Shown one piece after another: positions 13,901-22,715 of a stretch of DNA of 32,000 nucleotides. The first letter of the stretch is position 1, and the number at the start of each line of letters is the position of its first letter. Where the stretch lies: the NCBI RefSeq assembly GCF_000195855.1, contig NC_002677.1:720001-752000 (forward strand), written 5' to 3'. The position numbers and the translations under genes were made by a program. Origin of the DNA: Mycobacterium leprae TN. GTDB lineage: Bacteria > Actinomycetota > Actinomycetes > Mycobacteriales > Mycobacteriaceae. The notes under the pieces were generated by a model. That model was not told the DNA's origin, made no database searches, and saw only the letters and a list, made by a program, of their open reading frames with translations.

Positions 13901-15120
13901 GCCCCGTGGAATCCGCGGTGGCTCCGGTTGATGTGCTCCTGGTTCCGACAGCTTTCACCAGGTGGGTCGTGACTGCTGTTGGTATGCTATGGCTGATCTA
14001 CTAAACTTAACCGCGTGGCTTCGGCTAATCAGCACCGGCCTGGTGGCGATCGGTATGGTTGGTGTGGAGTGTGGGCTAACGACCGCATTGCGTGCAAACA
14101 CGGTGAGTCAGCACCCGATTATCGCAGTTTTCGGAACACGCTTCGGTGATGGTCATCCCCAAGGAAAGTGCGGTGTCGGTGGGCCCAGGTGGTCAGCACC
14201 GGCTCATGTTTCGCGCGACCCTATAGGCTTCGCGCCGAAGAGATGTCGGGCCAGGTAAGTGGCTTTCGCGCCGGACATCGGACTTTCGGCTCGCAAACCG
14301 CCCTCGAAACCAACACAGTGATGGTTGGCCAGCCGGTGTGGTTCGCTGCGAGTAGCACCCGCCTGGCCAGCTATGATCTGATCTGACGGTGGCGGTCCTT
14401 AACGCTACAGGCATTACGCACTTGACGGCGGTATCCGGGGACAACGTGACGGTCGTGTGCGCGGCGGTGCTGTTCTCGGTCCGGCTGATTGGCCCGCGCG
14501 TGGCCGTGGTGTTCGTGGCAGTGGCACTGTTGGCCTTTGTGATCATCGAACAGCCCACAGCCAGCGTGCTGCGTGCGGCGCCATCGTGTTGTCACGGCAT
14601 ACTGTCTTCGCTTTGGCGATAAACGATTCCCACGCTGTTCGCCACTGCGTTGGTCTTGTTAGCCGTTGTTCCTTCACCTGGCCGTTGACGTGAACTTCGG
14701 GCTGTCCGTGCTGGCCAAGGCCCTACTGGTAGTCATCGCGCAAGTCTGGTTACGGCACTTGGTCGCGCGGAGGTGCCCCGAGTCGCTAACCGATGCCCTG
14801 GCCGTCGTGTGGGCCACGTACGTGGTTACCGCTCCACTGGTGCTGGCGTCTTGGCCCGGTTCAGCCTTGTTACCGCTGCCGCCAATCTCGCGGTGGTGGC
14901 TGTGATAATAGCACCGATTACCGTGGTGGCTGTGTTATGCGGCCTGTGTGCCTGCGGCAATCGTTCCCGGTCCGGCTAGTGCCCTCGGCGTGCTGCTGCT
15001 GGTGTTGGTCCTGTGGCGGTGCTTTCGGGTGGCGATGATTTCAGCACTGATGGTCGCCGTTGCGTGCTTGCCTGATTGGTTGTCAGGGTTCCTGACCGGC
15101 GGGCTTATCGCGGGCTCGTC
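13880..15120 (+). pseudogene. comEC: ComEC/Rec2-like competence membrane protein pseudogene
   Basis: LTTALRANTVSQHPIIAVFG (ORF 13962), AVLNATGITHLTAVSGDNVTVVCAAVLFSVRLIGPR...FVIIEQPTASVLRAA (ORF 14389), LAVDVNFGLSVLAKALLVVIAQVWLRHLVARRCPESLTDALAVVWATYVVTAPLV (ORF 14666), [23 protein letters not shown] (ORF 14773), [18 protein letters not shown]; four or more frame changes. Confidence 0.85.
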
Positions 15121-15145
15121 GGCTCGTCGTGCCACCATCTACGGA

Positions 15146-16117
15146 GTGAGTAATAAGTTTTCGTCGCTGCACTTGGTCCTAGGAAATGAGGAACTGCTGG
15201 TTGAGCGGGCCGTGGGGGAGGTGTTGCGGTCGGCGCGGCAGCGGGCAGGCACCCAGGACGTCCCCGTTAGCCGAATGCGAGCCGGTGACGTCGGCACCTA
15301 TGAGCTCACCGAACTGCTGAGCCCGTCATTGTTCGCCGACGAGCGGATTGTCGTGCTAGAGGCCGCCGCTGAAGCGGGTAAGGAGGCCGCTGCGCTGATC
15401 GTGTCGGCTGCCGCTGACATACCGCAAGGCACGGTGCTGGTGGTGGTGCATTCAGGTGGTGGTCGAGCCAAAGCGCTGGCTAACGAGCTGCAGTCGTTGG
15501 GTGCTACGGTGCATCCCTGCGCGCGGATCACTAAGCTTAGCGAGCGTACTGATTTTGTTCGAAAAGAATTGCGTTCGTTGCGGGTCAAGGTCGACGAGGG
15601 GGCAGTGACCGCCCTGCTGAACGCTGTTGGTTCTGACGTGCGCGAACTCGCTTCGGCCTGTTCGCAATTGGTAGCCGACACCGCCGGTGATGTCGACGCC
15701 GACGCGGTTCAGCGTTATCACAGCGGCAAAGCGGAAGTGAAGGGCTTTGACATTGCCGACAAGGCGGTCGGTGGCGATGTCTCAGGAGCAGTGGAGGCGT
15801 TGCGGTGGGCGATGATGCGCGGCGAGCCACTGGTGGTGTTGGCTGATGCGCTGGCCGAAGCAGTGCACACGATCGGCCGGGTTGGGCCGCTGTCCGGTGA
15901 TTCCTACCGCCTGGCGTCGCGGTTGGGAATGCCGCCCTGGCGGGTGCAGAAGGCACAACAACAGGCTCGGCGTTGGTCGCGTGACACAGTGGCAGCCGCG
16001 ATGAGAGTGGTGGCTGCGCTCAACGCCGACGTGAAAGGGGCCGCCGCGGACGCCTACTACGCTCTGGAATCCGCGGTCAGGAAAGTTGCTGAGCTGGCCG
16101 CCGATGGGAGCCGATGA
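15146..16117 (+). CDS. holA: DNA polymerase III delta subunit
   Basis: GTG at 15146: [27 protein letters not shown]...[18 protein letters not shown]...[28 protein letters not shown]...; mycobacterial HolA-like, adjacent to convergent rpsT. The frame is actually open from about 14912. Confidence 0.85.
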   Translation: MSNKFSSLHLVLGNEELLVERAVGEVLRSARQRAGTQDVPVSRMRAGDVGTYELTELLSPSLFADERIVVLEAAAEAGKEAAALIVSAAADIPQGTVLVVVHSGGGRAKALANELQSLGATVHPCARITKLSERTDFVRKELRSLRVKVDEGAVTALLNAVGSDVRELASACSQLVADTAGDVDADAVQRYHSGKAEVKGFDIADKAVGGDVSGAVEALRWAMMRGEPLVVLADALAEAVHTIGRVGPLSGDSYRLASRLGMPPWRVQKAQQQARRWSRDTVAAAMRVVAALNADVKGAAADAYYALESAVRKVAELAADGSR

Positions 16118-16153
16118 GTTGCAGATAATCGTCAGCTGCGGCCTTAGCTTGGC

Positions 16154-16414
16154 TCAGAGTTTGTTGAGAGTACGAGCCAGTGCCGACTTCTTGTTAGCCG
16201 CCTGGTTCTTGTGGATCACACCTTTGCTGGCCGCCTTGTCCAATTTGCGGCTGGTCGACACCAGCAGCTTCGCTGCCTTCTCCTTCTCGCCGGCATGGAC
16301 CGCCTCGCGGAACGCGCGGACAGCGGTACGAAGCGAAGACTTCACCGACTTGTTGCGCAATCTGGCGCGCTCGTTGGTGCGGTTGCGCTTCTGCTGCGAC
16401 TTGATGTTGGTCAC
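16154..16414 (-). CDS. rpsT: 30S ribosomal protein S20
   Basis: 86 aa; [39 protein letters not shown]...[33 protein letters not shown]. Confidence 0.97.
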   Translation of the reverse strand: MTNIKSQQKRNRTNERARLRNKSVKSSLRTAVRAFREAVHAGEKEKAAKLLVSTSRKLDKAASKGVIHKNQAANKKSALARTLNKL

Positions 16415-16548
16415 GCGTTAAATTCCTTTGTCGATTTAGGCGCGAGTGCTCTTCTACTCTACGGCGACAAACTTTTAGAGTACCAGTCGGCTACGCTTTC
16501 TCACAAAAGCACAACTTTGTGCTGCTGGAACGGACAATTTGAGGCAGC

Positions 16549-18234
16549 ATGTCTCAGGTGAGTCTTCCCAGCCAGCTCAAGGAGACTGGACCACGGTTGC
16601 AGTCTCGTTGCCGGTCCTCCGCCCGGTCTGAGCGCATTTTCGGTGGGTACAACACCTCGGACATCTATTCAATGGCCTTTGACGAAATGTTCGATGTTCA
16701 AGGCAATGTTCGTGGTCCGTACAAGGGCATCTACGCTGAGCTGGCGCCGTCGGATGCGTCCGAGCTGAAAGCTCGCGCCGAAGCGTTGGCTCGCGCATTC
16801 ATAGATCAGGGTATCACGTTTTCGCTGTCGGGTCAGGAGCGGCCCTTTCCGCTGGACTTGGTGCCGCGTGTGATCTCGGCATCCGAGTGGAGCCGATTGG
16901 AGCGGGGTATCACCCAGCGCGTCAAGGCTCTTGAGATGTACCTAGACGACATCTATGGCGATCAGGAAATCCTGCGCGACGGCGTCATCCCGCGCCGCTT
17001 GATTACCTCGTGTGAGCACTTTCACCGCCAGGCGGTTGGTATTATCCCACCCAACGGCGTGCGCATCCACGTCGCGGGCATCGACTTGATTCGCGATGAC
17101 AGCGGCAATTTCCGGGTGCTCGAGGACAATCTTCGCTCGCCGTCCGGGGTGTCGTATGTGATGGAGAACCGGCGCACCATAGCGCGGGTTTTCCCGAATC
17201 TTTTTGCCACCCATCGGGTGCGAGCGGTCGACGACTACGCCTCGCATTTGCTGAGGGCGCTGCGTAACTCGGCAGCCACCAATGAGGCAGACCCGACGGT
17301 GGTGGTGTTGACTCCGGGGGTGGCCAACGCGGCTTACTTCGAGCACTCGTTACTAGCCCGCCAGATGGGTGTCGAGTTGGTCGAAGGACGTGATCTGTTC
17401 TGTCGCGACAACCAAGTATACATGTGTACCACCGAGGGGGAGCGCCAGGTCGATGTCATTTATCGGCGTATCGATGACGCTTTTCTAGACCCGTTGCAAT
17501 TCCGTGCTGATTCTGTACTGGGGGTGGCCGGATTGGTGAACGCTGCGCGCGCGGGCAACGTCGTCATCTCGAGTGCGATAGGAAACGGTGTTGGCGACGA
17601 CAAACTCGTGTACACCTACGTGCCTACCATGATGGAGTACTACTTACGGGAAAAGCCGTTGCTGGCGAATGTCGATACTTTGCGCTGCTGGCTGGATGAC
17701 GAACGCCAAGAAGTGCTTGACCGGATCCACGACCTAGTTCTCAAGCCGGTTGAAGGTTCCGGCGGTTACGGAATCGTTTTTGGTCCCGATGCCTCCGAGA
17801 AAGAGCTCGCTGCTGCCAGTAAAAAGATTCGCGACGATCCCCGAAGTTGGATCGCGCAACCAGTGATGGAACTCTCGACTGTGCCGACCCAGGTTGGTAG
17901 TACGCTGGCGCCGCGTTATGTCGACCTGCGGCCGTTCGCAGTCAACGACGGCAACGACGTGTGGGTGCTGCCGGGTGGACTTACTCGTGTTGCGCTGGTC
18001 GAAGGTTCGCGGGTGGTCAACTCCAGTCAGGGCGGTGGCTCCAAGGACACCTGGGTGCTGGCGCCGCATGCGTCGTATGGCGCACGTGAGCTGGGCGCCG
18101 CTGAAATCGTGTGTTCATTGCCGCAGTCGTCGCCCGACCCAGTGCCCGACGGATCGCCGCGACCAAAACAACAGCCGCAGCAAGCGCAAGCCGAGCAAGC
18201 GCAGCAACCGCAACAGCAGATAATGTTGCCCTGA
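16549..18234 (+). CDS. Circularly permuted ATP-grasp family protein (Rv2411c type)
   Basis: 561 aa; YNTSDIYSMAFDEMFD, RPFPLDLVPRVISASEW, PYKGIYAEL, VLEDNLRSPSGVSYVMENR, LKPVEGSGGYGIVFGPDA, LAPRYVDLRPFAVNDGNDVWVLPGGLTRVAL. Q/P-rich low-complexity tail. Confidence 0.9.
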   Translation: MSQVSLPSQLKETGPRLQSRCRSSARSERIFGGYNTSDIYSMAFDEMFDVQGNVRGPYKGIYAELAPSDASELKARAEALARAFIDQGITFSLSGQERPFPLDLVPRVISASEWSRLERGITQRVKALEMYLDDIYGDQEILRDGVIPRRLITSCEHFHRQAVGIIPPNGVRIHVAGIDLIRDDSGNFRVLEDNLRSPSGVSYVMENRRTIARVFPNLFATHRVRAVDDYASHLLRALRNSAATNEADPTVVVLTPGVANAAYFEHSLLARQMGVELVEGRDLFCRDNQVYMCTTEGERQVDVIYRRIDDAFLDPLQFRADSVLGVAGLVNAARAGNVVISSAIGNGVGDDKLVYTYVPTMMEYYLREKPLLANVDTLRCWLDDERQEVLDRIHDLVLKPVEGSGGYGIVFGPDASEKELAAASKKIRDDPRSWIAQPVMELSTVPTQVGSTLAPRYVDLRPFAVNDGNDVWVLPGGLTRVALVEGSRVVNSSQGGGSKDTWVLAPHASYGARELGAAEIVCSLPQSSPDPVPDGSPRPKQQPQQAQAEQAQQPQQQIMLP

Positions 18235-19211
18235 TGCTTGCCCGTAACGCCGAGGCGCTCTATTGGATCGGTCGCTACGTCGAACGTGCCGACGACACCG
18301 CGCGCATTCTCGACGTCGTTGTGCACCAATTGTTGGAAGATTCCAGCGTTGATCCCGACCACGCCTCGAGGACGTTGCTGCGGGTGCTCGGCATCGAGCT
18401 CCCGGACCACGAGTTGGACGTCTGGTCGCTGACCGATCTGGTGGCGTTCAGTACCAATGCTCAGGGCGGCTCTTCGATCGTCGATGCGATCTCGGCGGCG
18501 CGGGAAAACGCAAAATCGGCACGGGAAGTGACATCCAGTGAAACCTGGGAATGTCTCAACACCACATACCATGCTCTCGCCGAACGCGAACGCGCCGCTA
18601 AACGCCTTGGTCCACACGAATTTTTGTCTTTCATCGAGGGTCGGGCGGCGATGTTCGCCGGCCTGGCTGACTCGACGCTTTCGCGTGACGACGGATACCG
18701 CTTCATGCTGCTGGGCCGCGCTATAGAGCGGGTCGACATGACGGTGCGACTGTTGTTGTCCCGGGTGGGAGATAGCGCGTCGTCACCGGCATGGGTGACG
18801 CTGCTACGCTCGGCTGGTGGGCATGACACCTATCTGCGCACCTACCGCGGTGTGTTGGATGCAGCCCGGGTGGTCGAATTCATGCTGCTCGACCGGCTGT
18901 TTCCACGTTCGATTTTTTACTCGCTGAAGTTGGCCGAACACAACCTTGACGAGTTGTTGCGCAATCCGCAGAGCCGAGTTGGTGCCACAACGGAAGCGCA
19001 GCGGTTACTCGGGCAGGCCCGCAGCGAACTGGAATTCGTGCAACCCGGTGTGCTGCTGAAGACACTGGACAGCCGCTTGGCTAGCCTGCAGACCACTTGC
19101 AGGGATGTTGGAGACGCATTGGTGTTGCAGTATTTTCACGTCGCGCCGTGGGTAGCGTGGTCGGATGCCGGCCACCGGGGACGAATGGTTGGCAAGCGGG
19201 GAGAAGCCTGA
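18234..19211 (+). CDS. Alpha-E domain protein (Rv2410c type)
   Basis: MLARNAEALYWIGRYVERADDTARILDVVVHQLLEDS...; start ATG 18234 overlaps the preceding TGA. The listed ORF begins upstream at 18111, but the family N-terminus matches 18234. Confidence 0.9.
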   Translation: MLARNAEALYWIGRYVERADDTARILDVVVHQLLEDSSVDPDHASRTLLRVLGIELPDHELDVWSLTDLVAFSTNAQGGSSIVDAISAARENAKSAREVTSSETWECLNTTYHALAERERAAKRLGPHEFLSFIEGRAAMFAGLADSTLSRDDGYRFMLLGRAIERVDMTVRLLLSRVGDSASSPAWVTLLRSAGGHDTYLRTYRGVLDAARVVEFMLLDRLFPRSIFYSLKLAEHNLDELLRNPQSRVGATTEAQRLLGQARSELEFVQPGVLLKTLDSRLASLQTTCRDVGDALVLQYFHVAPWVAWSDAGHRGRMVGKRGEA

Positions 19212-20050
19212 TGTGGCGGATGCGGGTGGTGCACAGCACCGGATACGTGTACGAATCGCCGGCGACCGCCTCCTTCAACGAAGCCCGGCTGACGCCGCGA
19301 TCTAATACACGGCAAACCGTCATCCTCAATCGTGTCGAAACCATTCCGGCCACTCGGTCCTATCGCTACATCGATTATTGGGGTACCGTGGTGACAGCGT
19401 TTGACTTGCGCGCGCCGCACACCGAGCTGACAGTGACGTCTTCGTCGGTTGTCGAGACTGAAAGCCTTGAACCATCGGTGAGCCGGATCACCTGGACTGA
19501 ACTGCAGTCGATGGCCGTAATAGACCGATTTGACGAAGTTTTGCAGCCCACCGCATACACCCCGGTAAACACTCGTGTAGCGGCCGTCGGCAAGCGGATC
19601 GCCAAGAATCACGAACCTCGGAAAGCCGTCGTCGCCGCAGCCCGGTGGGCGCGAAGTAAGCTGGACTACATTCCAGGCACTACCGGTGTGCATTCGTCCG
19701 GTTTGGACGCACTGCACCAGTGTAGGGGAGTCTGTCAGGACTTCGCGCATCTGACGTTGATTGTGTTGCGCAGCATGGGAATTCCCGGTCGCTATGTGTC
19801 AGGGTATCTGCACCCCAAACGCGACGCGGTCGTCGGAAAGACGGTTGAAGGACGCAGTCACGCCTGGATTCAGGCCTGGACGGGTGGGTGGTGGAATTAC
19901 GATCCCACCAATGACGTTGAAATCACCGAACAATACATCAGCGTAGGTGTGGGGCGCGATTACACAGACGTGGCCCCGTTGAAGGGAATCTACTCTGGTC
20001 GGGGGGCAACCGACCTTGACGTGGTTGTGGAGATCACTCGGTTGGCTTAG
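19211..20050 (+). CDS. Transglutaminase-like cysteine protease superfamily protein (Rv2409c type)
   Basis: MWRMRVVHSTGYVYESPATASFNEARLTP...QCRGVCQDFAHLTLIVLRSMGIPGRYVSGYL...GRSHAWIQAW...WNYDPTND: conserved Cys/His/Asp triad positions present; ATGA overlap with the upstream gene. Confidence 0.92.
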   Translation: MWRMRVVHSTGYVYESPATASFNEARLTPRSNTRQTVILNRVETIPATRSYRYIDYWGTVVTAFDLRAPHTELTVTSSSVVETESLEPSVSRITWTELQSMAVIDRFDEVLQPTAYTPVNTRVAAVGKRIAKNHEPRKAVVAAARWARSKLDYIPGTTGVHSSGLDALHQCRGVCQDFAHLTLIVLRSMGIPGRYVSGYLHPKRDAVVGKTVEGRSHAWIQAWTGGWWNYDPTNDVEITEQYISVGVGRDYTDVAPLKGIYSGRGATDLDVVVEITRLA

Positions 20051-20731
20051 TCGCATGAATGATTGGTCGGCGCAAAGAATCAACAGTGCTGGTATAACCA
20101 AGGCGCTGCGGAGTCGACTTATGCCCGGTCGGGGACTGGCCTGCATGGGGTGGCTGTTCGGTGGACTTGCTCTCGGCGTCGCGCTGGGCTGCGTGATCCC
20201 ATTGTCCTACGGGTCGATAGCTGGGGTTGCGGTCATACGCTTTTGCCGAACCCAATCGTGGTGCAAGCTATAGCCACTAGTACGTTTGCGTCCTCGGCGC
20301 CGCTGGCGCTTTACGCGGCTATGGTCAGTATCCGGTTGTGTCAGTTGGGTAGCGACCGCGTCTGCCGCCGTGATAGCGTTAACTGGCGGTGTCTTGACTG
20401 CCGGCGCATTGGTGCTGACCGGATTGTTGGTCTACCCGCTGTCGCAACTGGAGGTCAACGCGGACATTGCGCTGGTTCGGGCGAGTTCGTTGCTGATATC
20501 TCTTTCTGGTTGGCAGCCCAGGGCACCTGGTGGTGTTGGGTTTGCTGGTCGCCAGTATGGCGTACCCAGCCTAATGCGGGGTCTCATGCCCAGATCATTT
20601 GGTATGTACAGGCTTGGCGCTCGCCGCAGAAACAACACTGGTGTTGATCTGGCCGACTGCCGGGTGCGGATTTACTGTCGGTCGTACGCGTCGCTGCGTT
20701 GTTCCGGCTGATAGAGGTCGGCACGCTATGG

Positions 20732-21563
20732 ATGCTTGCCAACCCCGATTCGGTGTAGGTCGTTGTCAAACTTGATTTGCCAGTTGAACCTGGACACGGT
20801 CAGCTCTCGTCACCGTTTCTCTTTCCCTAGGGACATAGTACGTTATGACCAGGATGCCTATGCCCGCGTGCGCCGCGGTTGCTGTCGCTTGCTCGATTGA
20901 CGAGTGGGGGTTGCAGATGTCCTTGATCTGCTTGTTGGTGAACGCGGATGACGATGTTCTTGCGGATTATGGTGTGCACCAATGCGTCGGCCTCGGCGGC
21001 AAGCTCGTCCAGGCTGGCGCAGGGAACCGTGCCTCCGGTCAGCACCACCGAGGTCGGTCCGGATTCGATCCGGAATCCGATCGTCGGCGTCACAGGCCCG
21101 TGATTCGTGGAACCCCGGATCGACACGCCATCGGGGGGGGCTCCAACAAAACCTTTGGTGTATTCGTATACTTCGATCAGTGGGGGCGTATTCAGGTAAG
21201 TGTGATGGGTGATCTGATATTCGATGTCGTGACCGGACGCCTTCAGCTTTGCCTCTACCGTTTCAGCGGTGTCCGGAGATCCGATGATCGGCAGCGGTGG
21301 GGGATCCAGCGCGAAGGTGGTTACCCAATGCGTGATGAGCAGATCGCCAAGGTCGCTGATGCGGTCGCCGTGCAGATGAGTTGAGCAGCAGCGCTGACAA
21401 ACAGCTGGCGTGTGCGTCGGACCAGCCGACGCACGTTGCAACACTCCAAGCCAGCAGTCCACTAGGAACAGCTGTCTGCCAGCTTGCACCGCGTCGAGAA
21501 GGCCGGCGCGGGTCGGGTCGGGAATAGGGGACTTCCGGTGCTGAGCAGTGTGGTCTCGATCAT
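20732..21563 (-). pseudogene. rnz: Ribonuclease Z / ElaC-like metallo-beta-lactamase fold pseudogene
   Basis: Minus strand: [21 protein letters not shown] (ATG 21563), [67 protein letters not shown]..., [41 protein letters not shown]-terminal FDNDLHRIGVG (~20740); frames broken. Confidence 0.85.
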
Positions 21564-21777
21564 GGTCCCATCCTTGTAACTAGACGGGTGCGCAGTGGCG
21601 CAATTTATTCATTCGGTTGGTGAGCAAGGGTTTCGGCTTCTCGACGTGGGCGAGATGCTGGTTGTCGACCTGAACGTTCGAGCGTTATTGGTGGTGTGTT
21701 TTTTGTCGACTTTCCCATCAGCCGAGTTAGCCGTAGCCTGGTGTCAAGGAGATCATAACTTTCGGCTGGAGGCCTAG

Positions 21778-22039
21778 ATGCAGATCGCGGGCGTCTTACG
21801 GAGCAAGGGTGCGACGGTGGTGACGATCAATCGTGACGCGAATGTTCGGGAACGGATCGGCCGGTCTTGTCGAGCAGAACATCGGTGCCATGGTGGGGTC
21901 GGCATCGGTGTCGGAGCGTAACATCGTACGTCAGCTTCATGCGTATGGCGTCAGCGTGCTGTCTTGCCCGATCTCCAAGATTATGACTAGCGTTGGTTGC
22001 CAGCTGCCGCTGGTCCTGTCCTATATCACTCAAGGTTAA
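21778..22039 (+). pseudogene. CBS-domain protein remnant (Rv2406c type), internally deleted and frameshifted
   Basis: MQIAGVLRSKGATVVTINRDANVRERI (frame from 21778), then EQNIGAMV, SERNIVRQLHAYGVSVLSCPISKIMT...SYITQG in the frame of ORF 21833-22039. Confidence 0.8.
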
Positions 22040-22049
22040 CTGCGCGGCT

Positions 22050-22395
22050 CAGCGCCAGGATTAGTCGGCACGCAGCGGGCTGGCTATGGCATCGAAGATT
22101 TCACGTTTCAAGATCGTGTCCTCGTGGCGAATACTCTCCTCCGGCACGTCGAACACCCGGTCTAGCCGGATCCAGCTTTCTCGGTTTTCGTAATCCCAAC
22201 TGCTAGAGGCCGATGCCAACCCAATCTTGGTAGGCTGCGTGGCGTTCTTGGCTGGACACCATCAGTCCCAATACAATATTGTTGTTGCGGCTCACGACGA
22301 GGACCGGTCAGTCTTGGCTCCGGGTCGGGTCGTCCTCATATGGAGGACCCACTTCCACGCGATTTTGCAGGATTAGCTCGGCCATCCAGGTCAGG
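22050..22395 (-). pseudogene. PemK-like / Rv2405-type conserved protein remnant
   Basis: Minus-strand frames give VEVGPPYEDDPTRSQDR..., YQDWVGIG, SWIRLDRVFDVPEE, TILKREIFDAIA with frame breaks; assignment to this family is from memory of motifs. Confidence 0.5.
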
Positions 22396-22715
22396 GGGGC
22401 GTAGAGTAGCTCACGGGTTCGCTGCGCGGTGGGGGAGGGGAACTAAGCGCTTGCCACTGGCCGGCCCGCGGTAATCGCGACAGGTGGTTTTGGCGCAGCT
22501 GCGGCTATACACATTCACGGTGACTTTGATTTCATGCTGGAGTTCCCGCAGCACGGCTTGCGAATTCTGCACGTGACGGGAGAGGTGTGGAGTCCGGCTT
22601 AATACCATGTTCTTGGTTCTTGGCAAGCCGTTGTAATGTTTTCCACTATGACTGCCAGGCTGACGCCATATTCGCAGTATAGGACCGAAAGGCCCGGCGA
22701 GATTGCTGTGCCAGT

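Noticed and set aside
13284-13958. 224 aa minus-strand ORF
   Set aside because: Antisense to the comEA pseudogene, whose homology lies on the + strand; no recognisable family and biased composition typical of antisense frames in GC-rich DNA.
15298-15956. Minus-strand ORFs of 123-127 aa
   Set aside because: Antisense to holA, with Ala/Ser/Thr/Pro-rich low-complexity content; no independent support.
15146-16117. HolA as the 389 aa protein starting at 14948
   Set aside because: The first about 66 aa match the ComEC C-terminal character rather than HolA; GTG at 15146 is the better native start. The open frame itself is retained as a finding.
18027-18617. 196 aa minus-strand ORF
   Set aside because: Antisense across the junction of two well-supported + strand genes; composition explained by the opposing frame.
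19136-19750. 204 aa minus-strand ORF
   Set aside because: Entirely antisense to the transglutaminase-like gene; shadow ORF in high-GC sequence.
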